Positions 27,160 through 35,608 of a DNA stretch of 64,000 nucleotides are shown piece by piece. The stretch is from positions 723-64,722 of the forward strand of contig DJHK01000005.1 of NCBI GenBank assembly GCA_002433065.1, written 5' to 3'. The stretch is from Chloroflexi bacterium UBA6622. GTDB taxonomy: Bacteria; Chloroflexota; UBA11872. A model generated the notes under the pieces. That model had not been told where the DNA came from, ran no database searches, and saw only the letters and a list, made by a program, of their open reading frames with translations. The position numbers and the translations under genes are program-made. Within the stretch, counting starts at the first letter, position 1; each line of letters starts with the position of its first letter.

Positions 27160-28271
27160 TCCAGAAGCTCATCCATGGCTTCTCGCACCGATGTTGCCTT
27201 AAGCCAGTGCATACATAGTGTGTCTGAATACTGACATTCGGCCGGGCGTTTAAAGTCATAACAAGGTCCGCAAGGAAGTTGGACTCGGAGTGCGCGGCAG
27301 TTTGGTGCGCCAGGGCCGTGAATTGAGATGTCGGTTGGGCCGTGGAGCATCACGACGGGTGTTCCGAGTGCTCGTGCGAGGTGGCCAGGACCACTATCAG
27401 TCGAGATAACCACGTCGGCGTCTTGCAATACATCCATGAGTTCTTCCAGCGAGGTCCGACCGCACCGGTTCGACGTCGTCGTTCCGGAATTTGATAGGGC
27501 ATGACTGACGGTTGAGGCATCGGAGAGTCCAATGATGGTTAGTTGTCCTACACGGCCTTGGATTAGGTGGCCAAGCTTGACCCAATTTTGCACTGGCCAT
27601 CGTTTGGCTTCACCATGCGAAGACCCCGGATGTATCACCACATGGGGTCTCTTTTCTGTAACCACGTCGGTCGCCCTTGATCGCCTGGAGAGGACCTTCC
27701 ATTGTGGATGGGTGTTGGCAACTACTCGGGTTGCCATAGTGGCTTCGTGCGGGCCTCCATTCTGGCGGTGGCCAGCGATGGGCTCATCGAAACTACGGGC
27801 AGGGGCTTCGTTCTGGTAGCCAACTCGCCATGCTGCGCCGCTTAATGCGACGACCACACCTGCCACTGGGCCGTAAACACTACATGCAACATCAAACCGT
27901 CGGGCTCGAACGTTTCTAAGCATTCGTAGCGCGCTAAACCAGGCGCGTACATTAAGCACTGTTGGCCAGTGCGTCAGTTCGCCCGCATCAAATGGGAGGA
28001 TTTCGTCGACCGTCTCACAGCGGTCGACAATGGCTTTCCAACGTGGGGGTGCCATAAACACTATATGGGCCTTGGGCCATCGTTCGCGGGCAGCTGCTGT
28101 AGCCGACAGCGCGTTTACGATGTCGCCCATCAGGTCGAACCGCACGATCAGTACTGAGAGGGGCTCCATCGGTGGAGTACGTGTTGTTCTAGAGAAGCTG
28201 GCAATGCTAAAGGCGATTCCAAATAGAATCCGAAGTGTGACGCCAAGAAATGTTCGGCTTCTGTATTTCAT
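27156..28271 (-). CDS. Glycosyltransferase family 9 (heptosyltransferase-like)
   Basis: 371 aa. 'VLIVRFDLMGDIVNA' (IGD-type N-terminus) and 'DSGPGHLARALGTPVVMLHGPT'. The first ~34 residues look like a TM anchor. The ATG at residue 35 is an alternative start. Confidence 0.8.
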   Translation of the reverse strand: MKYRSRTFLGVTLRILFGIAFSIASFSRTTRTPPMEPLSVLIVRFDLMGDIVNALSATAAARERWPKAHIVFMAPPRWKAIVDRCETVDEILPFDAGELTHWPTVLNVRAWFSALRMLRNVRARRFDVACSVYGPVAGVVVALSGAAWRVGYQNEAPARSFDEPIAGHRQNGGPHEATMATRVVANTHPQWKVLSRRSRATDVVTEKRPHVVIHPGSSHGEAKRWPVQNWVKLGHLIQGRVGQLTIIGLSDASTVSHALSNSGTTTSNRCGRTSLEELMDVLQDADVVISTDSGPGHLARALGTPVVMLHGPTDISIHGPGAPNCRALRVQLPCGPCYDFKRPAECQYSDTLCMHWLKATSVREAMDELLE

Positions 28272-28771
28272 TGACTATCGTTCATGGGTGTCAGGGCATG
28301 CCATGGCCACGCGCGATCGAATCGTTTTAGTAGTTGAGATCCAAGGAACCCTTTTCGCACGACTCCCTGGGGTGCAATTGCGTTAAAAGAATTTACCGTT
28401 TGTTGCGCGGAGGCAATATGGGTTTCACGGTTAATGCGATGCAGGCTATGTTCTTTGCACCCATCGACAAAGGCCGATTTAAAATCCGCCGCTTGGCCGT
28501 TCGTGCACTTACGATACCTTTGAGCCATTCTGTGCTCATGTTGGATGACGTGTTGGCGAAGGTTGTTTATTTTTCGGTCGGCAAGGCCTCCCAGTTCAAT
28601 CCATCGAGGCGCAACGTTTGCATCGCTGAGGATTTTTAGAGGGACACGAATCTCTGGGGCGACATACGGGTTTGGTTGTTTTGTGGGTAGCTTCTGACCG
28701 CGTCGAGATGTGACGGTGAAGATGCCTGCTTCAACAGCAGCCTCCTCATCGGTTCCGGGGTAGGTGGGCAC
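28268..28771 (-). CDS. Hypothetical protein (167 aa)
   Basis: An ORF with a 4-nt overlap onto the GT9 start, so it is probably translationally coupled. No family recognised by eye. Confidence 0.4.
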   Translation of the reverse strand: MPTYPGTDEEAAVEAGIFTVTSRRGQKLPTKQPNPYVAPEIRVPLKILSDANVAPRWIELGGLADRKINNLRQHVIQHEHRMAQRYRKCTNGQAADFKSAFVDGCKEHSLHRINRETHIASAQQTVNSFNAIAPQGVVRKGFLGSQLLKRFDRAWPWHALTPMNDSQ

Positions 28772-28829
28772 TAGCAGTCCCTACTTGTTAGTGGTGTTGT
28801 GTGGCTGCTGGACGTGAATAGGTGTTTCA

Positions 28830-30233
28830 TCACTCTTTCCTAGGTAAAGAGCTCCGTAGCCTTCTAGATTGAGCCCATAGGTTCGGCGGATCGATTGCGG
28901 TAACCAACCCGGACAGGGCTCGAACGTCTGCAGCTACCGCTAGGCTTCCTGTTGCAAGAATTCCTTGACCCGATCTAACGGATGCCTTTGCTAAACGTAA
29001 CGAGTCGTCGGCGCTTTTACCGATTGTCGTTTTCATGCCGTGCGCGGCTCTCTGCATGTCACTGGCTGCGGCCGCACGGGGATGTTCGGGCTCAAAGATG
29101 ATTAGTTCAGTCGCATATGTTTGAAGCGCTGCAACCATTTCATTTACCGGTTTATCAGCTAGTGCTCCAAAAATCACCGGTCCTCCTTGAAGATGTAGAT
29201 CTTGACGGAGCGTTATTGTGCCTAGCTCTATTGATTTGACGGTATGAGCGCCATCGACGACTACTGGCGGACACGACTCGATGAGCTCAAGCCTTGCGGG
29301 CCACCGGATGGCTTCAAACCCATCGTGGATCGCTCTCGTAGTAATCCCTTCATACGTTTTGCTGAGCTCCCGACAGATGGCGTAAGCCAAGCCGGCATTT
29401 TGTGCTTGGTGGGGGCCGGCCAGCCCCAATGTAAAGTGGTCGCCCGAACAAGGGTCACGGACGATTGTCGTTGCTCGACCATCTCTCCATTTGGTGCCTT
29501 CTGGTATGGTTTCTAGCATTCCAACAGCTTGGACCGGTGCTCCCTTTGATTGGGCTATGTTCCGAATGGCAGCCATGACAGTGGCGTGTTGTCGGGTTAT
29601 CAACATAAGGGTGTTTGGCTTGGCAATTCCGGCCTTTTCACGGGCGATGGCTGGAAGTGAATGGCCCAGCACTTGCGTGTGTTCAAGCGCAATACTTGTT
29701 ACGGCCGAAACTAACGGACGAACAACGTTCGTCGCGTCGAGTCGACCTCCGAGCCCAACTTCAATTACAGCCAAATCGACCTCTTGATGTTGGAACCATA
29801 TGAATGCCATAGCTGTGCATAATTCAAAGGTTGTGAGGGTTCCTGCCTTGCTTAGAAACAGTTGTTTTTTACTTAGGACACTGTTGACTTCACGAGCAAG
29901 GTCTACGAAATCTGCTTCGCCAATGGGTCGTCCATCAATTTGTATGCGCTCACGAAATGAATGCAGGTGGGGTTGGGTGTACAGGCCGGTCCGCAATCCG
30001 GCTGCTGTTGCGACATTGGCAACCAAAGCGCATACGCTTCCCTTGCCTTTTGTTCCGGCAATATGAATTGTCGGAACGGTGGTGTGCGGATTGTTGAAGT
30101 AGGTAAGTAGTTTGCTCGTGCGCTCAATTCCTTGGTCGAAAGGAGCGTCGGTTCGATATCCAACACCTCGTTCAAAGTCTGAAAAGGAATACAGCCAGGT
30201 GAGCGCCTCTGAGTAGGTGTTAAACATTTCCAA
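28830..30233 (-). CDS. folC: Bifunctional folylpolyglutamate synthase / dihydrofolate synthase
   Basis: 467 aa. P-loop 'IHIAGTKGKGS', 'VIEVGLGGRLDATN' and the Mur-ligase fold order. Confidence 0.88.
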   Translation of the reverse strand: MEMFNTYSEALTWLYSFSDFERGVGYRTDAPFDQGIERTSKLLTYFNNPHTTVPTIHIAGTKGKGSVCALVANVATAAGLRTGLYTQPHLHSFRERIQIDGRPIGEADFVDLAREVNSVLSKKQLFLSKAGTLTTFELCTAMAFIWFQHQEVDLAVIEVGLGGRLDATNVVRPLVSAVTSIALEHTQVLGHSLPAIAREKAGIAKPNTLMLITRQHATVMAAIRNIAQSKGAPVQAVGMLETIPEGTKWRDGRATTIVRDPCSGDHFTLGLAGPHQAQNAGLAYAICRELSKTYEGITTRAIHDGFEAIRWPARLELIESCPPVVVDGAHTVKSIELGTITLRQDLHLQGGPVIFGALADKPVNEMVAALQTYATELIIFEPEHPRAAAASDMQRAAHGMKTTIGKSADDSLRLAKASVRSGQGILATGSLAVAADVRALSGLVTAIDPPNLWAQSRRLRSSLPRKE

Positions 30234-30738
30234 TAAATGTTGTGTTGCTTATCGATGAGCTTGGATATACATATTTAACCCCAGCTCGACCCATATGGGC
30301 GTCTAATTGGCCAATGTTTTCAGTTTGGTTAGGAAGGATTGCGTTAGGCGCAATATCGGCCAAGGGTGCAAGGACGAATGAGCGTTTTGCATAAGCCGAA
30401 TGCGGAATGTCTAGGCGAGGTGTCGTTGCTGACAGCTGTCCGAACGAAATGATGTCGATATCAAGCGTTCGAGGGCCCTGCGAAAGGCCTGGCCGTCGGC
30501 CGGCTGCAAATTCGAGTGTCTTCACCCAAAAAAACATCCGATCGATTCCCAGTGATGTAGAGCCTCGAAGCGCCGCGTTTAGAAATTCAGGCTGGTCGTG
30601 CCCTCCAATGGGTTCGGTAGTGTAGACGGAGGATACGATGTGGTCGGATATCACTACTGACAATCCTTCGACTGCAAAACGAAGGTTTTCAATCCTGTTG
30701 CCAACATTCGATCCTAGTGCGACTAGTAACTCTGTCAT
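30220..30738 (-). CDS. folK: 2-amino-4-hydroxy-6-hydroxymethyldihydropteridine diphosphokinase
   Basis: 172 aa. 'LVALGSNVGN', 'EPIGGHDQPEFLNA' and 'GPRTLDIDII' are typical HPPK motifs. It overlaps folC by 14 nt. Confidence 0.85.
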   Translation of the reverse strand: MTELLVALGSNVGNRIENLRFAVEGLSVVISDHIVSSVYTTEPIGGHDQPEFLNAALRGSTSLGIDRMFFWVKTLEFAAGRRPGLSQGPRTLDIDIISFGQLSATTPRLDIPHSAYAKRSFVLAPLADIAPNAILPNQTENIGQLDAHMGRAGVKYVYPSSSISNTTFIGNV

Positions 30739-31016
30739 GGGTGATTACACCAATGTGCTGACGGCTTGTTTGCTGGCGCACCTACATTGCATACATGCAT
30801 AACGTTGCCGTAGGTAGAGCTGTTTGCCAGCAATAATAGAGCGGTTGTGGCAGCAGCTGTAGTTGATAGGGCTCGGCAACCGTACTGTCTGAAAGAAACC
30901 AGATGGAAAATGGACTCTTCCTCAAACGTGTTTTGCTCTTATCAGTCAGTGCCTTATACATTGATCTCGCTGGAGGTGTGGTTGGTGCCTAACCCGCTGG
31001 TGGTGTTTAGACGCCT

Positions 31017-32741
31017 ATGGCACCTTTCATCATTGTTATCGGGATGGTTGTGCCTGCACGGAGCATAGGTTTTTTGGGTTTAATTCGACTTGCCCAATCC
31101 AGGGGCGTCGCAATCAGCGCTGCTGCTTTGCTTGGGTCGCTTGTTGGGTCATTCCTTGTGCTCGACGGTCGCCATGCCCTGCCTGTGTTGGCTGTGATGG
31201 TCGCTGTCTTACTGGTGTTGGGCGCCGTCTCTTCATATAGGTCACGGCCAAAGTTTGTCTCGCTGTCACCGGTGTGGCGTTCGGGTGTTAGTGCCCTTCG
31301 TAATCGCAGAATTGCTTGTGTAGGAGCAGTGGCTGTTTCTGCAGTCGTTGTCTCGCTTGCAATAAGCTTGGGTTCAATGATGTCCGGCGTACTTGTCGTG
31401 GCGGGTGGGCTGGCAGTTGCTGGCCTATGTGCACGGATCGCCGTTCGCCAGATACGTGTACATGAACTGACAACTTTTCTTGTTGCACTGGCTTTGGGAA
31501 TGGTTCCGTTTCGCGGACTTGCTGAAATGCATCTGGGAGTTATTAGCATTGGCGGCAGCGACCTGTTGATTGGGGCTGCGTTTCTTGTTTGGTTGTTTGG
31601 CATGGGGCGTGCGACGCAGGTACGGATTCATCCATATGTTTTCGGGCTTTTGGTGTTCGCTGTTTGGTTGGCGCTTACGGTCGTTGTTGCCGTTGAGCCG
31701 GATGCTGTAGCGAAAGAGGTCATGAAATGGCTACAGGTCTGTGTTTGTCTGGTGGTTCTTTCTGACGTTCTACGCTCCGATCAGTCCCGACGAGTCGCTA
31801 TGTGGGTTATTGCAGTTGCTGTTGTCGTGCAATCGGTGCTTGGCCTAATTCAAACATCAGCTCAGTTAGGGCCTTCTGGTTTTGTCGTGGGGGGAATGCT
31901 TAGAGCCTTCGGCACATTTGATCAACCCAATCCCTACGGGGGTTATTTGGGTCTTCATCTGCCCTTCCTTCTGGCCGGTGCAATCTTTAGCAACGGTTCA
32001 AGGCGTAGGTGGTTTGCGGTGCTTTGGGTGCTGGTCATGGTCGCGATGGTGGCTAGTAGATCGAGGGGCGCATGGATTGGCTTAGGAGTAAGCTCTTTGG
32101 TAGTCATGTTTGCATCGGGTCATCGAACCGGGATGTGGTCACGGGTAACCCTTGGAATATCCGGCGGCACGGTTTTGTCCATGGCGGTTTTGGGTTTAAC
32201 CGGAGTGTTTCGTCGGATCTTTCCTGCTGATGTTGAATGGGCCCTGATAGGGGAACACCCGGTTGCCGACGTGGTTCGAGATCGTGCTATGGACAATTTT
32301 TCAATTGCTGAACGCGTGGCCCATTGGTCAGCCGGATGGGAAATGTTCCTAAGTAATCCGATTATGGGTGTTGGCGCAGGAAACTTTGATGCTGCGTACC
32401 GATCATATTCTTTGCATCCTTTTGATGCACCATTAGGCCATGCGCATAACGTGTTCTTGAATTTTGGCGCGGAAACTGGTGTTGGAATGTTTCTTTTTTT
32501 GTCTTTGATGATTTGGGCCTGCTGGCTAGCAATTGCTGGTGTAAGAGGTGCCCGTGACTCCGGGTTAGAGTGGGTGTGTATCGGGTCGCTCGGCGGACTG
32601 GGTGCATTGATTGCGCAGAATCTTGTGGATAGTTTGTTTGTTAGCGGAATGGGGCTTGTCTTTGCTCTCTTGGTTGCGGTTGCAGTGGTAGGTGGGCGTC
32701 GTCCGGTTGGATCAGGGTCAAAGACTGTGTCAACGCCGTGA
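31017..32741 (+). CDS. O-antigen ligase / polymerase-like (Wzy_C domain) integral membrane protein
   Basis: 574 aa, polytopic. 'SRSRGAW' and 'GHAHNVFLNFGAETG' match the WaaL/Wzy_C loop (R...H.HN..L....E.G). Confidence 0.75.
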   Translation: MAPFIIVIGMVVPARSIGFLGLIRLAQSRGVAISAAALLGSLVGSFLVLDGRHALPVLAVMVAVLLVLGAVSSYRSRPKFVSLSPVWRSGVSALRNRRIACVGAVAVSAVVVSLAISLGSMMSGVLVVAGGLAVAGLCARIAVRQIRVHELTTFLVALALGMVPFRGLAEMHLGVISIGGSDLLIGAAFLVWLFGMGRATQVRIHPYVFGLLVFAVWLALTVVVAVEPDAVAKEVMKWLQVCVCLVVLSDVLRSDQSRRVAMWVIAVAVVVQSVLGLIQTSAQLGPSGFVVGGMLRAFGTFDQPNPYGGYLGLHLPFLLAGAIFSNGSRRRWFAVLWVLVMVAMVASRSRGAWIGLGVSSLVVMFASGHRTGMWSRVTLGISGGTVLSMAVLGLTGVFRRIFPADVEWALIGEHPVADVVRDRAMDNFSIAERVAHWSAGWEMFLSNPIMGVGAGNFDAAYRSYSLHPFDAPLGHAHNVFLNFGAETGVGMFLFLSLMIWACWLAIAGVRGARDSGLEWVCIGSLGGLGALIAQNLVDSLFVSGMGLVFALLVAVAVVGGRRPVGSGSKTVSTP

Positions 32742-33772
32742 CAACAGCTTCTTCAAATCTTCCAGGCGAGCCAACCGAAGGTCAGGATCTTGGAGGAAGT
32801 GGACTTCTACGACGTTTTCTCAGCTTGCGGACACTTGTTAGTTTCCTGGTTGCGGCAGGTTTACTGGCGTTGTCGTGGGTTCTGGCAGACCTTCATGTCG
32901 ATGAGATCTTGGCACATCTACGTGCTGCGGATCCCCTTCTTATCCTTGTGGCATATGCGATGTTTGGGCTGACCTTTCCTGTAAGGACGCTGCGTTGGCG
33001 ACTAATGTTGGTTAATGCCGCTCACCGTGAAAACGTGGTGCCAGATTATCGAGCTCGCGATCTGTTCCAGATTTTATACATCTCTTGGTTTGTGAACGGC
33101 GTCCTTCCAGTAAAGCTTGGAGATATTTACAGGGCTTATATGGCCCGGGCCAATTACGGAACTTCGTTAACACGGACGCTAGGCACGGTGTTCTCTGAAC
33201 GTGTTTTTGATGTGGCCACGCTCACTGGAATGGTGCTCGTTTCGGCTGTTGTGATCGTCAGTTCCCCGGACACAACCGATGAGGTGGGTCGCATACTGGC
33301 GATTGCGGCCATTGGCCTTGGCCTTCTTGTTTTGGGTGTGATCTTTCTGCTCTTCTTTGGAAAGCCGATAGTAAGGTTGTTGCCGCAGCGGGCTTCTGGG
33401 ATCTACGCACGCTTTCATAGCGGGGTATTTGACAGCTGGACTTGGCGCACGGGTCCTTGGCTCTGGATGACAAGTATCACGGTGTGGTCACTGGAAATGC
33501 TTCGTCTTGGGCTAGTTATGCGCGCATTGGGCGTTCCCATGGAGCCCGCTCAGGTTGTGTTTGTGGGGACGGCGGCGTCGCTGCTCTTGGCCGTGCCAAC
33601 GCCAGGTGGGCTGGGGGCTGTGGAGAGTGGAATCTTGGGGTTGACTCGAATGATAGGGGTCGGAGCAGGCCTTGCAGGCGCTGTAGCGTTGGTTGACCGA
33701 CTGATTACGTACTGGTCTGTATTGGTTACCGGCGGTTTGGTGTTCGTTTTTACAAAACTAAAGCGGCAGTAG
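32738..33772 (+). CDS. Flippase-like / lysylphosphatidylglycerol-synthase-TM-region (UPF0104) family membrane protein
   Basis: 344 aa, multi-TM. 'RTLRWRLML', 'PVKLGDIYRAY', 'SERVFD' and 'PTPGGLGAVE' are typical of this family. GTGA overlap with the upstream gene. Confidence 0.65.
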   Translation: MTTASSNLPGEPTEGQDLGGSGLLRRFLSLRTLVSFLVAAGLLALSWVLADLHVDEILAHLRAADPLLILVAYAMFGLTFPVRTLRWRLMLVNAAHRENVVPDYRARDLFQILYISWFVNGVLPVKLGDIYRAYMARANYGTSLTRTLGTVFSERVFDVATLTGMVLVSAVVIVSSPDTTDEVGRILAIAAIGLGLLVLGVIFLLFFGKPIVRLLPQRASGIYARFHSGVFDSWTWRTGPWLWMTSITVWSLEMLRLGLVMRALGVPMEPAQVVFVGTAASLLLAVPTPGGLGAVESGILGLTRMIGVGAGLAGAVALVDRLITYWSVLVTGGLVFVFTKLKRQ

Positions 33773-33775
33773 GCG

Positions 33776-34918
33776 ATGCGAGTAGGTGTTGACTTTACGT
33801 CTGGGGCCACGCAGGTAGCGGGTATTGGACGATCGGTTCGAGAACTAGTTGCCGCTATGCTCCGTCGTCCAGATTGCCCCCAACTGACGCTTTTCTACGC
33901 GCATCGTGGGCCGCTGCCACCTGTCGAAGCCCTCGCTGCATGTGAGCATGTTCGTGTACGAAGACTTCCTGTATCTCCCAGATTAGCCCTGGCAGCTTGG
34001 CATCGCTTGCGATTACCTATCCCGATAGAGACTTTGCTTGGTTCCTTGCAAGTTTTCCATGGCCCCGACTTTACGTTGCCGCCGCTTGCCCTGGCTCGTG
34101 GTGTTCTAACTGTGCACGACCTTACGTATGTGCAAAGGCCACAAGATGCGCATCCGGCTCAGCTTAGATTTCTGGAAAGTGCGGTTCCCAGGTCCATAGA
34201 TCGTGCGCGTCTGATCATCGCTGTCTCTGAGACTACACGGCGTGATTTGATGCAGCGATACGGTGTGCGCCCGCAACGGATTCGGGTTGTGCCGAATGCA
34301 GTTGGGCCCGACTTTGTAAAGGTCATCAATAAAGAAGTTCTCGACGAGGTCCGTCGGAGACTTGCGGTGCCTGACAAATTTGTTCTTTCTGTGGGAACTG
34401 TGCAACCGCGAAAAAACATTGATGGACTGGCGTCTGCGGTGAGCTTGGCTTCTCGAAAACTCAATCAGCCGATTGCGCATCTGCATGTTGGTCGAGACGG
34501 TTGGCTCCACGATCAAGTCTATGGGGCTATCGAATCTGGTGGTTCCAAGGTTAGGTTTGTTGGCCACGTTAGTGATGAAACGCTTAGAGCGTTGTATTCC
34601 TTAGCGTCGGTTTTCGCCTTTCCAAGTCATGCGGAAGGCTTTGGCCTTCCAATTCTGGAGGCATTTGCTTGTGAATGCCCGGTGGTAACTTCAGCCTGTT
34701 CGGGAACCGGAGAGGTTGCCGGCGATGCAGCCGCGCTGGTCGATCCAAGCGATGCTGCGTCAATAGCCGAGGGGCTTGCACAGGTGCTTTCTGATGAATG
34801 TTACCGTGGTGATCTTAGACATAAGGGGGCCAAGCGGGCACGGTCATACTCGTGGGATGAATCTGCGCGTCTTCTGTTGGAGGCCTACCATGTTGCAGGC
34901 ACTGGTGGTCGGCAATAA
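33776..34918 (+). CDS. Glycosyltransferase family 4 (GT-B)
   Basis: 380 aa. 'MRVGVDFTSG...AGIGRSV' N-terminus. 'FPSHAEGFGLPILEAFACECPVVTS' is the E-x7-E motif. Confidence 0.85.
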   Translation: MRVGVDFTSGATQVAGIGRSVRELVAAMLRRPDCPQLTLFYAHRGPLPPVEALAACEHVRVRRLPVSPRLALAAWHRLRLPIPIETLLGSLQVFHGPDFTLPPLALARGVLTVHDLTYVQRPQDAHPAQLRFLESAVPRSIDRARLIIAVSETTRRDLMQRYGVRPQRIRVVPNAVGPDFVKVINKEVLDEVRRRLAVPDKFVLSVGTVQPRKNIDGLASAVSLASRKLNQPIAHLHVGRDGWLHDQVYGAIESGGSKVRFVGHVSDETLRALYSLASVFAFPSHAEGFGLPILEAFACECPVVTSACSGTGEVAGDAAALVDPSDAASIAEGLAQVLSDECYRGDLRHKGAKRARSYSWDESARLLLEAYHVAGTGGRQ

Positions 34919-34969
34919 AAAAGGATCTGGGCGGCTTCAATAGGGATAAAATAGTGTGGAGGAAGTTAT

Positions 34970-35590
34970 TTGAACATTGAGCCAGTTCTAGGCTATGTCT
35001 TTCTGGGTGGCATAGCTTATTTGGTCGGAAGTTTCCCGACAGCTTTTATTGTGGCTGCTGTTTTCAAGCATGTAGATCTTCGCTCCACTGGCTCCGGAAA
35101 TTTCACTGTTTACAACACCTTCTTTCGTGTGGGGAAGATCCCAGGTCTATTGTTGTTGCTGTGGAACCTAGTGGCAGCGCTTATTGTGCTGCGCTGTGCG
35201 CATCTCTTTTTTCCGTCGGATGCGATTGCGCAACTGACGGCCATCACTGGCGTGACCGTTGGAAGTATGTGGCAGGTTTTTGCTCGGTTTCGTGGTAGTC
35301 GGGGTACAACAACCCTTGCCTTTGCGCTCTTCGTAGCCGAACCCGCGCTTTGGGCTGCGTGTTTTGCGGCTTGGATACTTGCGCTGTTACCTCGGCGCCG
35401 GACCACAGATGCAACGCCGGCCTTGCATGCCCTGTTGCCTGTTATTTTCGGTTTGATTGCTGGCTCATGGACTTACGCTGTAGCTGGTGGGCTGCTTGGC
35501 ACATTGCTTCAAATCAAACGCCGATATAGTAAGGATGACACCCTGTCACTGGGATTGTTCCGCAGGTTCGGCATCAACGTTAATCGGTAG
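34970..35590 (+). CDS. PlsY-family (glycerol-3-phosphate acyltransferase-like) membrane protein, divergent paralog
   Basis: 206 aa, TTG start. 'YLVGSFPTAFIVA...DLRSTGSGNFTVYN' aligns with PlsY 'YLIGSIPSGLIVGK..DIREHGSGNLGATN'. The later motifs are altered ('VGSMWQVFARFRGSRGTTT' against 'LGHVFPIFAKFKGGKAVAT'). Confidence 0.6.
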   Translation: MNIEPVLGYVFLGGIAYLVGSFPTAFIVAAVFKHVDLRSTGSGNFTVYNTFFRVGKIPGLLLLLWNLVAALIVLRCAHLFFPSDAIAQLTAITGVTVGSMWQVFARFRGSRGTTTLAFALFVAEPALWAACFAAWILALLPRRRTTDATPALHALLPVIFGLIAGSWTYAVAGGLLGTLLQIKRRYSKDDTLSLGLFRRFGINVNR

Positions 35591-35608
35591 TCAGACGAGG
35601 CTCGCGCC

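Noticed and set aside
30739-31016. The 278-bp divergent region between folK and the O-antigen-ligase-like gene, examined for a riboswitch (for example THF) or a small gene (track ORF 30847..31068).
   Set aside because: I could not recognise conserved riboswitch cores or convincing paired helices by eye. The 73-aa ORF overlaps the downstream gene's start in another frame and has no recognisable features. The region is left unassigned.
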